From: Camelus ferus | Lineage: Eukaryota | Length of the DNA stretch: 64,000 bases | Direction of reading: 5' to 3' | Assembly (NCBI RefSeq): GCF_009834535.1 | Contig: NC_045715.1 | Location: 26,722,001-26,786,000 of the forward strand | Shown here: positions 1 to 12,290 of the stretch, one piece after another | Numbering within the stretch: the first letter of the stretch is position 1 | How the letters are laid out: the number at the start of each line of letters is the position of its first letter | The notes under the pieces: model-generated | Told to the model about the DNA's origin: nothing | What the model saw: only the letters and a program-made list of their open reading frames with translations | The model's database searches: none | Position numbers and translations under genes: made by a program

Positions 1-559
1 GATACTATTCTATGTCATCAGTGCTGTGAGTGGGAGATGCTCAAAGAAACTTAGATTGCATTTAAGAGTGTTTGGGAATGTAAGGAAGTTCTGGGATCTC
101 CTTTCAAGCTTCTGTAGTGATGAGAGGAGCCATTTCATCTGTTGGAATGGTAAATGCGTGGTACTTCCTACAGCGGAAGAATGGGCAGATGGTCCCTGTG
201 GTTCCTTTGGTACAACTACAGTGTCCACATAGTTGTGTGTCTTACAGTGAAATGAAAACACTCTGACCTTTTCCTGGATAGTGTTGACAAGGTTTCTCAC
301 ATTGCCCAGGGATTGTGGGAATTTCTGCTTCACAGGCTTCATCTCTAATGTTATGAATCATTAAAAAAATCTCTTATCTCGAAGCCAGTTTGCAAAAAGA
401 AGTCTTTCCTCTACCTGCAGTCACAGCTCTTCCTCCTTCTCCAAGTTTCCTAGTTAAGAAGAGAGGAAATGCTACCCAACTTATTCAAACTTTTATAAAT
501 TAAAACAAAAATTCTTTTGGTTTTTCAAAGTGTGCAGATGTGATTCTAACACTACAATG

Positions 560-980
560 ATGCTGGAGAACAGTAAACATGTGAAAAAAATGTTTAGCCT
601 GAGTTGGAATCAGGGAAATAACATACATTGATGTTATATGGAGACAACCATTTCACACTCATCAGATTGGCCCCCAAAATGATATTTATCCCATTATATG
701 TAGAGCAAAAGATAATTCACATTCACCAGTGGTGGGAATTAAATTGGTATGGACACTTTGGAGAGCAATTTGGTACTATTATCCAGTAAAATTAATGATG
801 CACTTACCATATATCCTAGCAATTTCATCCCCGTATGCACATGGTAATCACTGTTTTTGAACAAAAAATCTTGGCCTTTTTTTTTTTTCTGACTTGTGGA
901 TTTGCTCGGATCATATTTTGATATGTCAGTGGAGATGCAAAATAGGGCCATAGTCATAGAAACCAAACAGCAACTCCCTG
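560..980 (+). mobile_element. Old L1 (L1M-type) ORF2/3' fragment
   Basis: Degenerate L1 motifs: accatttcacactcatcagattgg, cactttggagagcaatttgg, atatcctagcaattt. Confidence 0.65.
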
Positions 981-1038
981 GTTCAATCTCCATCTAGCAA
1001 GTTGCTGGAGCCTTCTCTCATTGTGTTGCAGAAAAACG

Positions 1039-1659
1039 TGTTATAGCTCAGTGTTACAGCTCAGTTGTGACAGCAACCTGGATCTGGGAGAGAGACCAAG
1101 CAGCACTCAGAGCGTTGGAAAACTCGCATTTATTACACCAGGAGGCCCAGCAGAGTTAACACTCCAAACTCTGGACCCTGTCTGTAGGTTTACACAGGCT
1201 TTTATAGGCTGCCGTTTTACACTTTGCAACATCATATGCAAATAAGATATAACAGAAGTTGACTAATTAGAAACAGGCTTTGTAGAAATGGACCAATCGG
1301 GGGGAGAGAAATAACCAATCAGGAGTAAGCTCCATGCAAATGAAGTACTATAAATGGACCAATCAGAAGTTAGGTAAATGGACCAATCAGGAGTGAGCTC
1401 AGGGAACCAATAGAATTTTAGGGGTAAGTTCCACTTTCCTGGAAGTAAGCCTTTCAGAGGCAAAAAGTGAGATAGAATCTCTGGGCCAGGGAACCAGATG
1501 ATGCTGGCAGGAGAGTAGAGGCCCTTCCTGGGGGACCTGCCAGTCTTTTTATGGGGCTTCCCACCTCAATTGCATCTCTTCTTTGGGAATTCCTGGGATT
1601 CCTTGCTAGTGCTGGAAAGTGACCACAGGCTTCCTCCTGATATCCTTTTGATAAGGACA
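1039..1659 (-). mobile_element. ERV solo LTR with CCAAT/octamer array (the high-coordinate end is uncertain)
   Basis: Starts TG at 1039. On the minus strand: AATAAA (1129-1134), TATAAAA (1200-1206) and five CCAAT boxes in a repeated (aaatg)gaccaatcag unit. No TSD confirmed. Confidence 0.7.
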
Positions 1660-3419
1660 TGGGACCAACAGTCTCAAGTATTTCTCATTGCCCCAGGGGG
1701 AAAGAACGCCCCTCTCCCCACCATAACTGCTGGGTTTCAATGAAGTTCTCCATCCCGTCTGACTTTCATCAATGCAGCCACAGCTCTGTGCCTCTTGCAG
1801 AATTCCTGCCCTGATGTGGGAAAGTACCCACCACTGGAAATTGCTTCATTTTCTTTTACTTGACAATGAAACCCTGCTGACTTCTTCTCTGGGGGCTTGT
1901 TGAAATGCAGTTGATCTCTCACTTTCATGTGCCTTCCTCTTGAGCACAGTCCCCTCTTCCTCGGAATCTTGTCCATACTGAACCCAAGTGACACGTGATG
2001 TGCTAGCCTTGAGTGCCCTGCCCTCTCTTGTGCAGCCTCTGTCCTTGACTGAGCCTGTAAGCCTCAATGCTCAGTTCTGTAAGAGTAAGTCCCCTTCTCT
2101 GGCTTGCATGGTGCCTGTACTGGGGACTGAAGCTGGGGTGGCTTTCCTCTCTGCTTTCTGCTTAGTTATACATCATATAATTCACCTTAATTAAAGAGGA
2201 GAAAGTCAAAACTGGGAGTTTGGGGAGCAAATCTTAGGTACCTAGTTGCTCTGAGAATGGACAGTGGAGTCTGTATCAGTGAGGCTCTAGGCAGGAAACA
2301 GCGGGCCCTCCCAAAAGGGTTGAACTGCTAAGAATATACTGAGAGGACTATTTGCGGAGAGATAAAGGACTGGAGGCCACTGCCAGGCCCATGGCTTAGC
2401 AGAGAGTCTGGCGGATAATGCCCTGAGGTCTCTCTCCTTCCACCCTCCAACTGCCTGCTGTTGCTTCTGACTGGGCACCAGAAGCCCAGGAACCTGGGTG
2501 GTGCATTCTGCAGAGGTCAGCCCCCTGGGCAGGAGCCTGGCAGAGAAGGACAGGAAGTGCAGGTAGAGGGGCAGGCAGGGAATAGACAGCACCTTGTATA
2601 TTTCTAAGTGCATTCATGTGACAAGGAAGACCAGGCATAAAGAGGAGTCCCCTGTGATTCAACCTGTAATAGCTTTTGGGCAAATGGGGCCATGGTTTTG
2701 GCCTGGTTGGCTCCTGGCTTAGACAGGTAAGCCAGGAAGGGGATCTGGAAGGGAAAGGAATTGACATTTATGGTTCTGGGTCAGGTACTTTGTTCTCTGC
2801 TTTGAAAAGAAAGGTGATTTGAATGAGACTGGGGGATTGGCTCTTAATCATACTCCATAAACTTTGCAGCCCAGAGAATGGATGTGTCCACCTTAAAATG
2901 ATTAAGCTCAGTGGCGTCAGCTGGCAGGTTATGGCCTTGAAACCTGTTCTGAACCCCGTTCAAGTGACACACATGACATGGGTCTTGGGCACCCTGATGG
3001 GTAAGTGTGTGAGGATGAGGATGCCCTTAGCTGAACTCATCTTCCTGCAGTTTTCCTCCTGGCTCCTCTTTCATCCATATAACTCATTACTCTCACCCTG
3101 AGGCTCACCTGAGCACATCTCGCCTGTGAAGGTTGTGATAAATGTCAGGGACGCAGATTTGACCGAGTGATCCCATGTTGTGGAGACATGGTCAGAGAAA
3201 GAAAATAATTTATCCAACTCATGGGGGTACAGGGCCTGCCCTTGGGAATTCCCAGTCCAGTATATGAATCAGAATATACACACCAAAGATGAGGGACACC
3301 TGCAAAGGAACCTGTCAAGGGAAAGTTCACAGTATACAAACCAAATCTGTGCTTGATAAAGGAGGGTAGGGGATAGAGCCTTTGAAGTTGGTGGGCTTCG
3401 AAGGCAGCCAGAGTAGTAG

Positions 3420-3590
3420 CCCTGGGACCTTGGCTAAACATATGACATCTCTCAATAGGCCTCAATTTCCTCATCTGTAAAATGGGCAAATTAAATGTCT
3501 GCTGCTCCTTACGCAGTTGTCAGGGTTACAGGGGATCATCCACCTGAAGCGCAGGGCCTGGCACATAATAAGTGCTCAATAAATGTTGTC
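3420..3590 (+). mobile_element. MIR SINE (3' part)
   Basis: cctcaatttcctcatctgtaaaatggg ... cctggcacataataagtgctcaataaatgtt. Confidence 0.85.
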
Positions 3591-4074
3591 TGTGATCAAC
3601 AGCATCATTATCCCTGGAGGTCACCACTTGGAAAGAGAAGTGAGGACTCTGAGAGTCCAGAAGTCATGGTACCTCCTTGAGTCTTCTAGTTGACCTAATT
3701 CATTGCCCTTTTCCAACCAACCCCACAGGCCTCCATTCTTTGACTTACACTCCTGTCTCATTAGGGTGACATGGGTGCTGGCGAACCTGGCCATCTGCTT
3801 GGTCCCCTCCAGGTGAGAAGTCATGAAATGTTCAAGAGGAAAGAAGGCTGAAGGGATCATCTTGTCTAGCATTTCCCAAACTGCATTTGATAAAACACCA
3901 GGTTCCCACAGAGGCCCTGGGGAACCAGGAAGAGATGGGAGGAAAATTCTGTGGCTAAAGAAATTTAAGCAGTTTCCATCTCCCCTTTTCTTACCCTCAG
4001 AGAAGCACTGCCGTAAAAAACTGGTTTCCTGTTGTTGAAACTAGTATTCTATTTACCTAAAGAGGACTTTTCCC

Positions 4075-4790
4075 GAGGAACCTTCCTACACTGTTTTGGG
4101 AATGTAATTTGGTGCAGCCACTAAGAAGGACAGTATGGAGGTTCCTTAAAATACTAAAAATAGTTACCATATGATCCAGCAATCCCACTCCTGCATATAT
4201 CCAGAGAAAATATAATTTAAAAAGACACATGAACCCCAATGTTCACAGCAGCACTGTTTACAATAGCCAAGACATGGAAACAACCTAAATGTCCATGACA
4301 GATGAATGGATAGAGAAGATCTGGTGTGGGATGTTACACAGAGGGATATTACTCAGGCATAAAAAAGAATGAAATAATGCCATTTGCAGCAACATGGATG
4401 GACCTAGAGATTATCATATCAAGTGAAGTAAATCAAAGACAAATATTATATGATGTTACTTATATGTGGACTCTTAAAAAAAATTCAAATTTTATTTTCA
4501 ACCCAGAAATAGATTCATGGATGTAGAATACAAACTGTGGTTACCAGGGGTGAAAGGAGGAGAGAGGGATAGATTAGGAGTTTGGGATTAACATGCACAC
4601 ATTACTGTATATAAAATAAGCAACAAGGACTTACAGTATAGCCCAGGAAACTATATTCATTTTCTTATAATGAGCTACTGTAATGGAAAAAAATCTGAAA
4701 ATATATATATGTAGATGTATAACTGAATCCCTTTGCTGTACATCTGAAATTAACATTGTAAATCAACTACACTAGCATAAAAAAGCATAA
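4075..4790 (+). mobile_element. 5'-truncated lineage-specific L1 (cetartiodactyl-type 3' end) with a perfect 16-bp TSD
   Basis: L1 ORF2 end and 3' UTR (aagaatgaaataatgccatttgcagcaacatggatggacctagag...aatcaactacact). Flanked by AAAGAGGACTTTTCCC at 4059-4074 and 4791-4806. Confidence 0.93.
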
Positions 4791-4844
4791 AAAGAGGACT
4801 TTTCCCATGGGACACCCCACAAAACTAGTGTTTTCAGGTGTATG

Positions 4845-5350
4845 TCAGTTAAAATTTGCTTTCAGCTACATGGTACAGAAGCCTAACTAGAGTGGCTCTG
4901 TCAACTAGGGTTCTTTATCTTTCTCATTTTCAGGACAGCAGACGCAGTCCTGAGCTGGCAGAGTGGCACCACAGTGCCATCAGGGATACAGCTCCCTCAC
5001 TCTCTACTTCAGCCTTCCTTAGAATGAGATTTTTGTCTTCATGCCTCATGGTTACAAGATGGCTGCATCACTTCTAGCTTCACATCTGCATTCCAGGCAG
5101 AAAGAAAGAGAAGGACAAAGCACAAAAAGTGCACGCCAGCTAATTATGCTCTCTTTAACAAGCTTTTTTGAAAGCCCTCTCCAGAAACTGGTCAAAACTG
5201 TGTTAAGGAGAGATTTCAAACTGCAAGGGAATCTTGGGGAAGCTAAAAAATTTTCAAACAGGCATTTTGCTGCCTCGAATCAAAGCAGGGACCTATTAGT
5301 ATGGAAGAAAGGGAGAATGAATATTAGATGGGCAATTCTCATAGCAGGCC
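4845..5350. mobile_element. MaLR LTR (MLT1J/K-like)
   Basis: Typical MLT1 motifs: tgtcagtta..gctttcagctaca, catggttacaagatggctgc, cacatctgcattccaggcag. Confidence 0.7.
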
Positions 5351-5499
5351 ACGTTGATCAAATTTTTGCTTTTCTCTTCAGTGGGTCAATTCTAAAAGCA
5401 TCCCATGCAAAAGAAAGAAAAAAGCAAGCCAAGAAACTGACTAACCTTTGTAATCGATAGAAAATACAAATTCTAGGCAACGAGGCACTTGGGCTCCCA

Positions 5500-5930
5500 G
5501 ACTCACTGGGAAGATGCTGTTGGCACCCTGTGCAGGTCCCCCAGCTGCAGTGGGTGTCCCTGCTAATGGCTCACACCTGTGTGAACTGCCCTTGGGGTGT
5601 TGAACCCCCTCCCCCAGAGGTGCCTGAGAATTACATCATGCATGCCCCACCTTCCTCTGCATCCTGTGGTCAGTGACTAACTGGCGAGAAGGTACAAAGG
5701 GCCCACTTTCTTGCCCGAGTGGGGCACATATGGCGATGCGGTTCCCTCTCCAGAGCCCCCCACAGGATCATGCTGAAGCTAGACTTCTCCTACAACCACC
5801 TTCTGTCCAGATCTTCCCCTGCCCTCTCCTCTTTCCCTCCTTCCCTTCCAGGTCTCTACTGAGAGCATAGCCTCAGTACGTGACGTACACACGAATATCT
5901 GTCTGGGGGTCTGCCGCTTAGGGAGCTGGA
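5500..5930 (+). mobile_element. ERVL LTR (LTR16-like)
   Basis: Motifs ctccagagccccccacaggatcatgctgaagctagacttctcc and cagtgactaactgg resemble the recalled LTR16 consensus. Confidence 0.6.
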
Positions 5931-6240
5931 TCTGTGGTGTCCTGGGTCACGTGGGGGCTCCCCACTTCCTTCTGAGGGATTCTGTAGAAAACCCTTCCCC
6001 TCAGTCCTGTGTGTGGCCACTGGTGGGCTTCGACTTGGCCTGGGGGCTGTGGGGACAGCTCTGCATGTCACCCTGGTGGCAGCAGGGGGACAGTTTCTTT
6101 CCAAGTGCTGTCAAATAGGTTTGGGGAGGCCTGGAGGCAAGATACTTAGCAAGAGGGCTCCAGCACTGTTATCTTCTCAAGGCAGATATTCTGAGAAATG
6201 TTGATTTGCATTCTGAAGCCCATGAACTGTTTGAAAGGAC

Positions 6241-6241
<1 letters not shown>

Positions 6242-6274
<33 letters not shown>
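6242..6274. repeat. (TG)16 microsatellite
   Basis: Direct reading. Confidence 0.97.
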
Positions 6275-6275
<1 letters not shown>

Positions 6276-9200
6276 GGGGGGGGTGCACGCGCGATTTTCC
6301 ATCTTGTGGCCATGGCAGTGGGGTATTTATAGCTGGATCTACAGGGCCATTCTCACGTGGCTAAAGAAAATTAAAACCTCATGTGGATTTTGTTTTGTTT
6401 TCCCCCCTCTGCCTTTGCCATTGCAGGCTCTCCAGTTCTTAAACCCTTGTTGTTGTAACTGGAGCCGCACGGAGCATCGCTGTGATGGCGAGGTTATATA
6501 AATTTACTATTTCAGGCAAAAGCGCCTGTTCCCCTCCAGTCAGGCCACAGGGCCTGAGGGGGGGCTTTTGGGGAGAGCTGGGGGGCACCCTAAGTGGCAG
6601 CCCCACCCATCACCCCTCTCTCTAGAAGGTCTCCCCATATTAACCCCGTGGAATGTGGATTCCTCCTCGGGTCACCTCATGATCCCTCTGCATACATGAG
6701 CTCCTTGGAAAGACAACTATTTTCTTTCCCCCTTGTTTTTCTGTGTTCTTAAGGCTTTTATGTCTGGGTTTTGCCTTCTCGGTTGGATGGAAAACACCCC
6801 GGGGGCCTGGTCTGTTTGCCCAGGTTACTAGAGCTCTTGGCAGGGGGTGTGTGGGGAGCTGGGGTTGGGGTGACCAGTGCTCAGGCCCCCCGCTTTCTCC
6901 AGACAGATCGAGAACTCCTGGAGTTCTCTAGACAGCAAGGTTGGGGTGTTTGCCTTATCTTTACTGAGAAGCCAGTGTGCTTCCTGGCCATTTTAAACTG
7001 AGGAGACCAGGGGACCCCGGACCCCTGTACACTGTCTACCATTTCTTTCTGTGACCTGGACGCCACAATTTGGATTTAAGCAGCCGGGGCTGCAGAGGGT
7101 CTGCTGCTGCACTAGGGGAAGGGGGCATGGCCCAACCTGCCAGAACATCCCAAGACCCCAAGGGGCGTAGAAGGAGGGTGCTTAATGAGCTTAGCTGCCA
7201 GAACCCCAGGAAGCCCCATCTTCTCATGCCTGGCCATCTCCAGGGCTGTCAGAGCTCTGCAGCTGGCCCACTGCATGGAGGGCTTTATAAACTCCTGCTC
7301 TTCAAACTGGCCAAACACTGCCTACCATCTGCTGAAGGCCTGCCACGTGCTGGGCACTGGCACACTTCAACACCCCTCACCCTCCTAGCAGACCTGTACA
7401 GTGGGTGTTATCCCATTTTACAGAAGAGAAAACTGAGATTCTGAGAGTTTAGGCACTTAGTCTGAAACCACAGAGCCAGGCAGAGGCACAGAGGGCATTC
7501 CCCATGAGGTGTGTCTGATTCCAAGACCCATACCTTCCCCGATATGTAGTAACCATCTCCTGTATCGATGAGCTCAGTGACCAGCTCGCTGACTTCCACC
7601 GTGTTATAACTCTGGCATCAACAAGCACTGTTCCATGTCCCGCCTGTCTGCACCCCACCTGTGTTAGCCTTCTCGTCACAGAATGGAAGGTGACTTCTGA
7701 TCTGGGGGTCTGTGGGTAGCTTCTGGAGAGTCCAGAGCTTGAACCCTCAGCCCTGCCACCCTCCTCTGTACCGTGCACACCCCCACACCCCCTCTTCCTG
7801 CCTCCCTCCCCACTCCTGTGAGTTCCAGAGGGTTTCCAAACCCAGGGTGAAGCCAGCAATTCATTCATCTTTGTCCTGTTTCCAAGAATTTCCAAATACA
7901 CAAGAATTCCTCATTGAAAAGTCAAGCATTCTTGGGGAAAGCGTGTGTCACCAAGAGAGCGAGATGCCTCGCATTGGGAAATGAGATGCTAGACCAGTCC
8001 AGGAAAATCCATGTTGATCTCAGAGCCAGATGGAAGTGGATTGGCTCTCCCTGACACCCCATCTCCCTGGGTACCCACCCCCTCACAAACCACGACTGGA
8101 GAATTTGCCTTCCCAGTTCATCTGAGGGCACTAACTGGATGACATTTCTCCGGATGCAGCAGGAAGAGGCAGATTGGTGTGTGTGTGTGTATGTGTATGT
8201 ATCCATGTGTGTGTATGCATCTGTGTGTACACATAGTTCTCACATGCAGGTCTCTTCCTGTGTCATTCCTCTTGGTATGAACCACTCACCTCATAAAGAA
8301 CATTCTAGTGAGTTTTGCAGGGGTGGGAGTGGATCCCAGGGTACAGAACGGCAGACAGTGAGCTCGGCTACTTTTCCATGGGAGAAAAACATCTCCTCCT
8401 ACTTTGGGGCAGCTCCACCTACCAGAGGGTCTCAGGTCAGTACATCGGAAAGATGCTCAGGAACATTGAGAAAGGAACTTCTCAGGCTACAAATTCACAG
8501 GATATGCACAGAGGATAAGAGCCAAGAGGCAGCACATGAAAAGTAGGCAGAGTGGGTATGGAGTAGGCTATAATCAAGAAGAGCTTTGGAAGGATGTGAA
8601 GGTAATACATCCTCCTCCCCCTCCCCCCACCCCCTCCCCCCACTACCACTACCACTACCACTTTCCCTCCTTGATTATAAAAGATGTACAGGTTTATTAC
8701 AGAAAACATAGAAAATAACATAGAAGCCAGAAGACAAAAGTAAAATTAGCCTGCCAGTCCATCACTGCGAAACTGAAAGGGTCTTGGGTCTTTCTGTGCC
8801 TCCACCCCTGCCCCCGAGCTTCCCACCTGGCCACAAACACCCTTGGAGAACTAGCCTCCTCAGTCCAGTGAGCTCACTCACATCCCAGCCTTCTCTCTCT
8901 GCATCCATTTTCAAAGCAAGGTTGAATGCATATGGTGTGAGCAGATGTTAGACAGTTTTGTGTTTTTGTCCCTTCCCCTAAGCGTTACCAACTTTGTAAA
9001 TGAAAGAAATTTTAAGTTAAGTGCAGAAAAGGTTCCTTAGGCATGGTTTGGTAGAGAGAAAGCTCACAACTGGAGGAAGGGCCCTTAAACACTGGGATGG
9101 AAGAGCTTTTAAACGATGGAGGGTGGTGAGTGTCTCAAGTTCAACCTCCCGGCTCCTGCATGGACTGTGAGCGGCAACAAAACAAGTGTCTGCCTTTGAC

Positions 9201-9890
9201 TGAGGCTTGGTTTCCCTAGTCATGCATTTGGCTCTAAAGTTATTGCTGAAGTTTGTGATAGGGTGGGCGCTGTAATGAGTGTGTTGTGTACAATGGGTTT
9301 TTCCAACTCTGAGTTTTAGGTTGTTAGTTGCTCCACCTTACCGATTTGGAAACTAAGTCTTAAAATTGTTAAGAACCTAGCAAGGATGATTCCACAGCAG
9401 AAGAGCTGCAATTTGAACTTGTTCATCTTTCCTTTAACCACTGTCCTGAACAGCTGCCCATCCTTGATAGAAGGTGTTTCCTGGTTAAACATTTCTTGCT
9501 TAGACTTTCTGGATGGACTCACCGAAGAACAGAGGGGCACCCTCCCTTCAGTCCCAGGGAGAGCAGGTAATCTGACCCATCATATTTTCCCTAGGGAGGG
9601 AACTTGAATGCCTCAGCCCTGCTATCTGCAGTGTGCATCTAATCAGCAATCCCATTGTCACCACTTCTCACCACTAGGCTCTTCCTCCAGGAAGTCTTCC
9701 AGATTGAAGTCCAATTGACATTCATCCCTCCCTCCATTCTCTTTGTTATTAGCTTTCTCCAATTTTCAGCTACTCAGTAATTGATATTGTGGCCAGACAT
9801 CACCTGAGGTGCCCTGTTGTTGCGATTCAGAGTAAATTAGCTGAATCCAGCCCCCACAAGTGCAGGAAGCCCCACATCCCTCCAAAGGAG

Positions 9891-10066
9891 CAGTAGTTCT
9901 CAGAGTAGCTCTGCACCGGCAGATACAGTGTCAGCCTAGAACTTGTTAGAAATGCAGATCTTTGGTGGGTTCCCAAGCCCACCCCAGACTCGCTAATTCA
10001 AATGCTGTTTGTGGTTTATGAAGCCCACTAGGTGATCCTGGTCACACTAAAGTCTGAGAACCACTG
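9891..10066 (+). mobile_element. MER5A (hAT-Charlie MITE)
   Basis: TIR-like ends cagtagttctca...tgagaaccactg; internal cttgttagaaatgcagat. Confidence 0.85.
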
Positions 10067-10189
10067 GTCTAGAGATTCCTAAGTAAGAGGTGATGGCTTT
10101 CATTTTTCCTGTTGCCTCCAGCTCTGAGTTCCTATTTCCACCAACTAGTTAAGATTATGAATTACCGCTGGTCACAGGCAGGGTGGCCA

Positions 10190-10436
10190 TGAAGTGAAGG
10201 ATCCTGGGCTCTGGAGCTAGACCACTTGGGTTTGAATTCTCCCTTTACCTTCACTCACTGTGGTCCCTGGGTGAGTGGCTTAAATTCCCTCTGCTTCAGA
10301 CCTCTTATCCCTAATAAGGTTAACAGTGATACTTCCATGTAGGGCAGCTGAGAGATTTTGGTGAGATTGCATGTCAAGTACTTGAACAGTGCCTGGGACC
10401 TAGTAGGCCTGCTGTAAATGTTCAGTATTATTACTG
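10190..10436 (+). mobile_element. MIR SINE, near full length
   Basis: ggctctggagctagaccacttgggtttgaatt...acagtgcctgggacctagtagg...taaatgtt. Confidence 0.8.
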
Positions 10437-11084
10437 GTTTCATGCAAATAGACTCTCTTTTGCCCTATGTTGACTCAGATATGAAATTTAGTCCTTATAT
10501 TTATACACACACACATACCATTTACACAAGGGCTTTGTGACCATAGTAAACTTGAAGATTTGAGGAAACCAATGGTGTTTACGTGACAGCAATACAAACA
10601 ATTGAAATTGAATATTGGGCAACCTTGTTCTAAAAGAGGTTGGTTGCATGGCCAGAAGTCCTCCAGTTTGGCCTTCTTCCTCTCTCCCTCCTTGGTGCTC
10701 ACCAGCTACTCAAAGGACTCTCCCTTGACTATGCTGAGTGCTTCAGCTGCCTTGATTCTCCTAAACTTGGCTCCTTGCCTCACCTTGCAAGTCTGAGGGC
10801 AACTTCTAAATTGTAAAACTTCTACTCTGATTCTCACGCCGGCTTCCTCTCTCATCAGGGAGGAGAGAGCCGCAGTGAAATGTATTTCCCTTCCCATGTG
10901 AACTGCGCCGCCTCTCAGTGCTTTGATGGCACAGTGGTCAACTTTGATTTCTCTCTATACATAGATGAATATTTATATAGGTCTGCACAGCTGTGCCTTT
11001 TTTTCCTGTTGGAGCATGTTGCATGTTTTCCCTGCTCCTTGTTGTAAACCATCACGCCCTCACAACTAGGGATTTAGTTTCAAC

Positions 11085-11272
11085 CAGGGTTTCTCCATCT
11101 TGGTCCTAGCCTGCATAATCCTCTGTCGGGGAGGGGTGGTGCCGTTCTGGGCATTATGGGATGTTTGGCAGCATCCCTGGCCTCTGCCCATTAGATGCCA
11201 GTGCATTCCCTGATCCTGACAACCAAAACTGTCTCCAGGCATCGCCAGATGTCCCCCCAGTTGAGAACCACG
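11085..11272 (-). mobile_element. MER20 (hAT-Charlie)
   Basis: cagggtttctc...gcagcatccctggcctct...gatgccagt...aaactgtctccaggcatcgccagatgtcccc...ttgagaaccac. Confidence 0.88.
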
Positions 11273-11984
11273 GGTCTAAGCTAAATTCTTGCTGTAATAG
11301 TTTAAATCCCTTACATCTTCGTCTGTCCCAGTGTTAATCTCTGCAGCGTATTTATGGTTAGGGGACTGGATTTATCCACTGAGAAGAGAGATGCCGAGTC
11401 CCAGCAGCCTCTGGGTCACCGCTGATTCCTCAACGCTTTGTAATTGCATTTCTTCAAAGGCTCTACACTTAACCCACCTGCGCTGGAGCCAAGGACATCC
11501 TGCTCCCTTCCCAGTACCCCCTCTAATCGGCTTGACTCCCTCCATATGGCAGGAAACCTCAAGGAACCAGGAATGGCCTTTGGGTTTTGGCTTATAAATA
11601 CTTATGGTCTCATTTTTCTTACTGAGAAAAAAAAATTTTTTTTATCATGTTTAACATTCTTGTTGCCGTAGTGGAAACTTTTGTTCTTTGGAGAGTTTCC
11701 CATTCCAGGCCCAGGGTCAGATGCCTTAGCAGAACTCTGAACATTTTCTAGGGAAGTTTCTTTCACGAGTGAGATTGGACCTTTGATGCATTTACATGAC
11801 TGTGATTGGAGTCTGCGTTAAGACGTCCCGGATCCCAAGATAGATGAGGGAAGCTGGGCAGCTGGAGGAAGGGCCATGTATCCGGGACTCGGTGGGAGGC
11901 TGTGATCAAAATTCTTTCATGGTTCCACTGCTTTTTTGGTTTTTCCTCCTTACAATCGAGCATCTCAAATCTAAGAGGAATAGC

Positions 11985-12290
11985 CAGTGCTTTGGTCAGT
12001 ATAAGTTACATGATGCTGTGGTAACACATAGTCCCCAAATCTCAGTGACTTGAAACAGCAGAGGTTTTTCTTACTCCTGCTGCCTGTTTGTAGAAGGCCA
12101 ACACAGGACTGTAGTCATTATAGTCACTCAGGACCCCAGGCTGGCAGTGCAGGCACCTCCTTAAGTGTTGACAGTTGCTGTGCCAAGGGGAAAGAGGTCT
12201 GGTTCTGCCAATGAAATGCTCTGGACCATTAATTACATTTGTATTAGTCAGGGTTCTCCAGAGAGACAGAACCAGCAGGATTGTCTATAT
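11985..12290. mobile_element. MLT1-type MaLR LTR fragment followed by a short MLT2-like start
   Basis: gctgtggtaacacatagtccccaaatctcagtgacttgaaac; tgtattagtcagggttctccagagagacagaacc at ~12240. Confidence 0.65.

Noticed and set aside
11826-11888. 9-bp inverted repeat GTCCCGGAT/ATCCGGGAC
   Set aside because: Short, with a ~45-nt spacer and no extension; expected by chance.
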